A stretch of 64,000 bases of DNA, from NCBI GenBank assembly GCA_030650415.1, contig JAUSEG010000017.1, forward strand, positions 16,885-80,884, written 5' to 3'. The stretch comes from a bacterium (GTDB taxonomy: Bacteria; Patescibacteriota; Patescibacteriia; Patescibacteriales; GWC2-42-12). Shown piece after piece: positions 60,058 to 64,000 of the stretch (its first letter is position 1; each line of letters begins with the position of its first letter). Under the pieces are notes generated by a model. That model made no database searches. It saw nothing but the letters and a program-made list of their open reading frames with translations, and was not told where the DNA came from. The position numbers and the translations under genes are program-made.

Positions 60058-60928
60058 TAATATGGGGGAAGAAAAAGAAGTTAATAATTTCGGTTGTAAA
60101 TACGCCATTTTTGGAGTAAGCGCGCTTATTTTTAATGAGGAAGGTAAGTTGTTCTTGGCTAAATCACCAAAATGGAAAAATTTATGGATGGTTCCGGGAG
60201 GCAAGGTTGAATTTGGCGAGAGTATGAGCGAAGCCTTAGAGCGCGAGGTTAAAGAAGAAACTGGTCTGTCCATAAAAGATATAAAATATTTGAACACTGT
60301 AGAATTAAACAGAACCGAAGAAAGACCAAATATGCACATGGTAGTTATGAGACATGTGACAAAGACTAGCGATAGCGAAGTGAAATTGAATGATGAACAC
60401 AGTAAATTTGATTGGCGCGCGCCCGAAGATTGGCTTAAAGAGAAAGATATACATCCCAGTATAAAGGAGACGATTGAATATTATTTAAATGAGTTTTTGT
60501 CAAAAAATGATCATGAAGGCCTGTATAAGCGCGCTTTAGCCGATTACCAGAATTTATTAAAGCAGACGGCCAAGGAAAAAATGGAATTTGCCATGTTCGC
60601 CAATGAAATAATGCTAAGAGAAATTTTGCCGGTTTATGACCATTTAAAAATGGCCATAGAGCATCATAATGAAGAGTCTAAAGATGAATGGTTGGCCGGC
60701 GTTAAACATGTAGTTAAACAATTTAAAGACGTTTTGGAAAAAATTGGCGTAACGGAAATTAAAACCGCGGGCGAAAAATTCGACCATAATTCAATGGAAG
60801 CGATAAAGAATGAAGAGACGGCTGATGAAAAATTGGACGGCCAAGTGGCTAAACAAATGAAAGCCGGGTACAAGTTGAATGGTAAAGTTATAGAAGCGGC
60901 TAAAGTAGTAGTTTACAAAGTGAAGTAA
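60047..60928 (+). CDS. grpE: Nudix hydrolase domain fused to nucleotide exchange factor GrpE
   Basis: Perfect Nudix box GKVEFGESMSEALEREVKEETGL at residues ~52-74. Residues ~150-293 are GrpE (YKRALADYQNLLKQ..LPVYDHLKMAIEH..GVKHVVKQFKDVLEKIGVTEI..GEKFDHNSMEAI..GYKLNGKVIEAAKVVV). Confidence 0.85.
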   Translation: MKNNNMGEEKEVNNFGCKYAIFGVSALIFNEEGKLFLAKSPKWKNLWMVPGGKVEFGESMSEALEREVKEETGLSIKDIKYLNTVELNRTEERPNMHMVVMRHVTKTSDSEVKLNDEHSKFDWRAPEDWLKEKDIHPSIKETIEYYLNEFLSKNDHEGLYKRALADYQNLLKQTAKEKMEFAMFANEIMLREILPVYDHLKMAIEHHNEESKDEWLAGVKHVVKQFKDVLEKIGVTEIKTAGEKFDHNSMEAIKNEETADEKLDGQVAKQMKAGYKLNGKVIEAAKVVVYKVK

Positions 60929-61046
60929 TTTTTAATTTTCAATTCTCAATTTTCAAACAATTTTCAATGACTTAATTTTCAATTAATCATTGAGAAATTG
61001 AAAATTAGAACATTGTTTGAAAATTAGAAATTAGAAATTAAAAATT
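60927..61046. repeat. AT-word palindromic element
   Basis: aatttttaattttcaattctcaattttcaaacaattttcaatgac ... gaacattgtttgaaaattagaaattagaaattaaaaatt. The left arm is nearly identical to 42991. Confidence 0.85.
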
Positions 61047-61125
61047 GAACCTAAGCGAAATAATAATTAAATTTATTTCCGCGATTAATTCTGGCAGATA
61101 GAATTGACGCGGAAGAGGAAATTAT

Positions 61126-61554
61126 ATGCCAATAATTAAATGGACGCCATTCCTCGAACCGTTTGAGGATATGAATAAAATGTTTGAAGATTATATGCCA
61201 GCTCGCGGCGGGTTTACCGGCTTAGTGCCGGCCGTGGACGTTTATCAGGATAAGGATAAGGTCTATGTGGAAACGCAACTCGCGGGAATAGATCCGGAAA
61301 AAGTTGATATTTCGATTGAAAATGACGTTCTGATTATTAAGGGAGAAAACGAAAAGAAATCTGAGGTGGAAGATAAAAATTATTATCGGAAAGAAATCAG
61401 ACGCGGCAGTTTTTACAGAAGCGTGCCTTTGCCGACCCATGTGATCGGCGAAAAGGCTTCGGCCGAAGCGGTGAACGGTATTCTGAAAATTTCCGTGCCG
61501 AAAGCGCCGGGAACGAAGCCGAAGACGATTAAAATTAAGACGGGGAAGAAATAA
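61126..61554 (+). CDS. Hsp20/alpha-crystallin small heat-shock protein
   Basis: PAVDVYQDKDKVYVETQLAGIDPEKVDISIENDVLIIKGE...GSFYRSVPLP...GILKISVPK. Confidence 0.9.
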   Translation: MPIIKWTPFLEPFEDMNKMFEDYMPARGGFTGLVPAVDVYQDKDKVYVETQLAGIDPEKVDISIENDVLIIKGENEKKSEVEDKNYYRKEIRRGSFYRSVPLPTHVIGEKASAEAVNGILKISVPKAPGTKPKTIKIKTGKK

Positions 61555-61585
61555 TTTAAAATTTAATTAATAAATAAAATAATTT

Positions 61586-61700
61586 TTGGATTCTCGCCAT
61601 CGCGGGAATGACAAAAGAAAAATAAATTAAAATAATTAATAAATAATTAAATTTGTCCTTGCCACGCGCCCCTGGATTGCGGGTCAAGCCCGCAATGACA
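61586..61700. repeat. GC-rich hairpin modules
   Basis: ttggattctcgccatcgcgggaatgaca and cccctggattgcgggtcaagcccgcaatgaca. Confidence 0.8.
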
Positions 61701-61737
61701 ATTAATACGGTCGCTGGCAATGATAGTAAAAAATATT

Positions 61738-63684
61738 ATGTCAAAAATTTTAGGAATTGATTTGGGGACCACTAATTCGGCCATGGCCATTATTGAAGGC
61801 GGACAGCCGAAAATTATTGAAAACGTTGAAGGCGCGAGAACCACGCCGTCTATCGTCGCGATTACGAAGAATGGCGAACGGTTGGTGGGGATGTCGGCTA
61901 AACGCCAGGGCGTAACCAATCCGGAAAATACGATATTCTCTATAAAACGCTTAATCGGCCGAAGCTTTGAAGATGAAGAAGTGCAACGCGATTTAAAGGC
62001 CATGCCGTATAAGATTATTAAAGCTAACGGCGGGGTTAAAGTATTGATTAGCGGCAAAGAATACACGCCGCAGGAAGTTTCGGCCATGATATTATCCAAG
62101 TTAAAAGCCGACGCTGAAGCGAAGATCGGCGAGAAAATTACCGAAGCGATTATTACCGTGCCGGCCTATTTTAATGACGCGCAAAGGCAGGCGACTAAGG
62201 ACGCGGGTAAGATCGCCGGGCTTGATGTGAAACGGATAATTAACGAACCGACGGCCGCGGCCTTGGCTTATGGCTTTGAAAAGAAAAAAGGCCAGCAAAT
62301 CGCGGTTTACGACCTGGGCGGCGGAACTTTTGATATTTCCATTCTGGATGTGAGCTCCGATACGGTAGAAGTTAAATCAACCAACGGCGACACGCACTTG
62401 GGCGGTGATGATTTTGACCAAAGAATAATTAAATGGATTATAGAACAATTTAAGAAAGATCAGGGCGCGGACTTATCTAAAGATCCCTTATCTTTACAAA
62501 GAATAAAAGAAGCGGCCGAGAAAGCCAAGATTGAACTTTCCACCATGCCGGAAACCGAAATCAATCAGCCATTCATTACGGTTGATCCGACCGGTCGGCC
62601 ATTGCACTTAGTTATGAAGATGACCAGAGCGAAACTAGAAGAGCTTACCGGTGATCTCGTGGCCGCGACCATCGCGCCGGTAAGAGCGGCTCTTAAAGAC
62701 GCGGGCGTTGACGTTAAAGATATTGAAGAAGTCTTAATGGTCGGCGGTATGACCCGCATGCCCCTAGTCTTAAAAACCGTTAAGGAATTTTTCGGTAAAG
62801 AACCGAACCTAACGGTTAATCCGGATGAGGTCGTAGCTTTAGGCGCGGCCGTGCAGGCCGGCGTTCTACAGGGTGATGTTAAGGATGTTTTACTTTTAGA
62901 CGTTACGCCTTTGACTTTAGGCATTGAAACTTTAGGCGGCGTGGCCACGCCTTTAATTGAAAGAAATACCACGATCCCGACTTCTAAATCGCAAGTATTT
63001 TCTACCGCGGCCGACGGCCAGACCAGCGTGGAAATTCATGTCTTGCAAGGCGAGCGCCCGATGGCCGGAGATAATAAAACCTTAGGCAGATTCATACTGG
63101 ACGGCATTCCGACCGCGCCGCGCGGCATACCGCAAGTTGAAGTGTCTTTTGATATTGACGCTAACGGCATTTTAAATGTTAAAGCCAAGGATAAGGCGAC
63201 CAATCGAGAACAAAAAATTACCATCACCGCCTCTTCCGGTTTATCCAAAGAGGAAGTGGAAAAGATGAAAAAAGAAGCCGAGCTTCATGCCGAGGAAGAT
63301 AAAAAGAAAAAAGAGCAGGTGGAAATAAAGAATCAGGCCGAGGCCGTGATTTTCCAGACGGAAAAGATGTTGAAGGAGGCCGGCGACAAGATCAAGGCGG
63401 AAGATAAAAAAGACTTGGAAGAAAAAATTGAAGCTTTAAAAAAGGTCAAAGACGGCGACCCTTCGGCAGGCTCAGGGCAGGTACTTGCTGAAATAAAAAA
63501 GGCTATGGACGAATTAAACGCCACGGCGCAGAAAATTGGCGCGGCCATGTACCAGTCCGCGCAAGGAGCGCAACCTGGAGCCGGAGCTATGCCGGGCGCG
63601 GAACAGGCAAACGGCGGCGCTGATGCCGGTGGAGAGAAAAAACAGGAAGGGCCGATTGAAGGCGAATTCACGGAGAAAAAATAA
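61738..63684 (+). CDS. dnaK: Molecular chaperone DnaK (Hsp70)
   Basis: The ATG at 61738 ([18 protein letters not shown]) is preferred over the track start 61720, which abuts a repeat module. DLGGGTFD and the full Hsp70 architecture are present. Confidence 0.98.
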   Translation: MSKILGIDLGTTNSAMAIIEGGQPKIIENVEGARTTPSIVAITKNGERLVGMSAKRQGVTNPENTIFSIKRLIGRSFEDEEVQRDLKAMPYKIIKANGGVKVLISGKEYTPQEVSAMILSKLKADAEAKIGEKITEAIITVPAYFNDAQRQATKDAGKIAGLDVKRIINEPTAAALAYGFEKKKGQQIAVYDLGGGTFDISILDVSSDTVEVKSTNGDTHLGGDDFDQRIIKWIIEQFKKDQGADLSKDPLSLQRIKEAAEKAKIELSTMPETEINQPFITVDPTGRPLHLVMKMTRAKLEELTGDLVAATIAPVRAALKDAGVDVKDIEEVLMVGGMTRMPLVLKTVKEFFGKEPNLTVNPDEVVALGAAVQAGVLQGDVKDVLLLDVTPLTLGIETLGGVATPLIERNTTIPTSKSQVFSTAADGQTSVEIHVLQGERPMAGDNKTLGRFILDGIPTAPRGIPQVEVSFDIDANGILNVKAKDKATNREQKITITASSGLSKEEVEKMKKEAELHAEEDKKKKEQVEIKNQAEAVIFQTEKMLKEAGDKIKAEDKKDLEEKIEALKKVKDGDPSAGSGQVLAEIKKAMDELNATAQKIGAAMYQSAQGAQPGAGAMPGAEQANGGADAGGEKKQEGPIEGEFTEKK

Positions 63685-63753
63685 TTGATTAAAATAAAAA
63701 GACGCCCGCGTGATTGCTGAAGTTAGGAACAATCGTGCGGGCGCGGAGAAGGA

Positions 63754-63921
63754 TTAATCCTGCGGAAAGAGACTTTTGCCGTGGGGGCAAACAAATGGTT
63801 CCTCTGACTGAGGCGGTTCCTTGCAATCAGGAAACGGCATTTGCCTTGAGGCAGATCTGGCTAGGCCAAGGACGAAAATAATGACCAAAGCCCCGATAGT
63901 TGAAAGGACAATCAGTAACAT
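63754..63921 (-). CDS. Small membrane-anchored Cys-containing protein in a GC-elevated islet
   Basis: The ATG at 63921 (MLLIVLSTIGALVIIFVLGLA...) lies 5 nt after AAAGGAA. The leader actcaaccaaaggaataaaATG resembles that of 18290..18943. TATAAT upstream. Confidence 0.45.
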   Translation of the reverse strand: MLLIVLSTIGALVIIFVLGLARSASRQMPFPDCKEPPQSEEPFVCPHGKSLFPQD

Positions 63922-64000
63922 TTTATTCCTTTGGTTGAGTGTTACAATTATAGTATCATACATAGTCTTTTATGTCAAAATTTAGCTAATTTTAGAGATG

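Noticed and set aside
63456-63485. DnaK C-terminal segment DPSAGSGQV (gacccttcggcaggctcagggcaggtac) as another in-frame repeat-module insertion
   Set aside because: It looks like an ~8-aa insertion relative to E. coli DnaK as I recall it. No second copy of this sequence exists in the window, so repeat origin cannot be supported here.
1-64000. Alternative genetic code (UGA recoding, as in some CPR lineages)
   Set aside because: Conserved genes are full length under code 11 and several terminate at TGA (e.g. 27416..27418, 23143..23145, 56882..56884). No in-frame TGA interrupts any conserved gene.

Overview
Low-GC, gene-dense bacterial chromosome segment. Hand counts of 60-nt lines give about 27-40% G+C in housekeeping DNA. 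The content suggests a Patescibacteria/CPR-type genome (inference): cell-wall and division genes (murA, mraY, ftsW, murG, murC, PBP2, ftsEX, LD-transpeptidase, DD-carboxypeptidase), a 10-gene type IV pilus assembly cluster (pilB, pilC, pseudopilins, pilMNO), hrcA/grpE/hsp20/dnaK, two NifS plus NifU/Nfu, pyrG, apt, MTAP, an ABC-2/GldG-like/DUF4340 operon, 3 tRNAs, and very abundant intergenic hairpin repeats. Standard code 11 fits all conserved genes. No rRNA, CRISPR array, cas gene, integrase or transposase ORF was seen. Items worth a second look: (1) A family of small elements bounded by hairpin-forming termini. One copy (8646..8798) carries a complete tRNA-Gln and sits inside the T-loop of a second tRNA-Gln. 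A tRNA-less sibling (22573..22676) interrupts a small coiled-coil gene, and its termini differ by compensatory changes. (2) Four high-GC islets (about 57-58% in sampled lines), all encoded on the minus strand. One is a 2.4-kb island bracketed by a duplicated rpmA 3' end and punctuated by a 45-bp palindromic repeat. One is a Cys/His-rich plus DUF2934-like orphan. One fuses a PilB/MshE-type N-terminal domain to a phage-type nucleoside 2-deoxyribosyltransferase-like domain, next to an HNH restriction/methylase pair. (3) Intergenic repeat modules inserted in frame into murG (three or more) and murC, plus a filled-versus-empty site pair showing that the GC hairpin modules are discrete insertions. 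(4) A Nudix-GrpE fusion, a split CIRCE, and a direct-repeat-flanked ArsR/zinc-ribbon/permease cassette. Coordinates I derived by hand (tRNAs, repeats, hairpins, refined starts) may be off by 1-2 nt.
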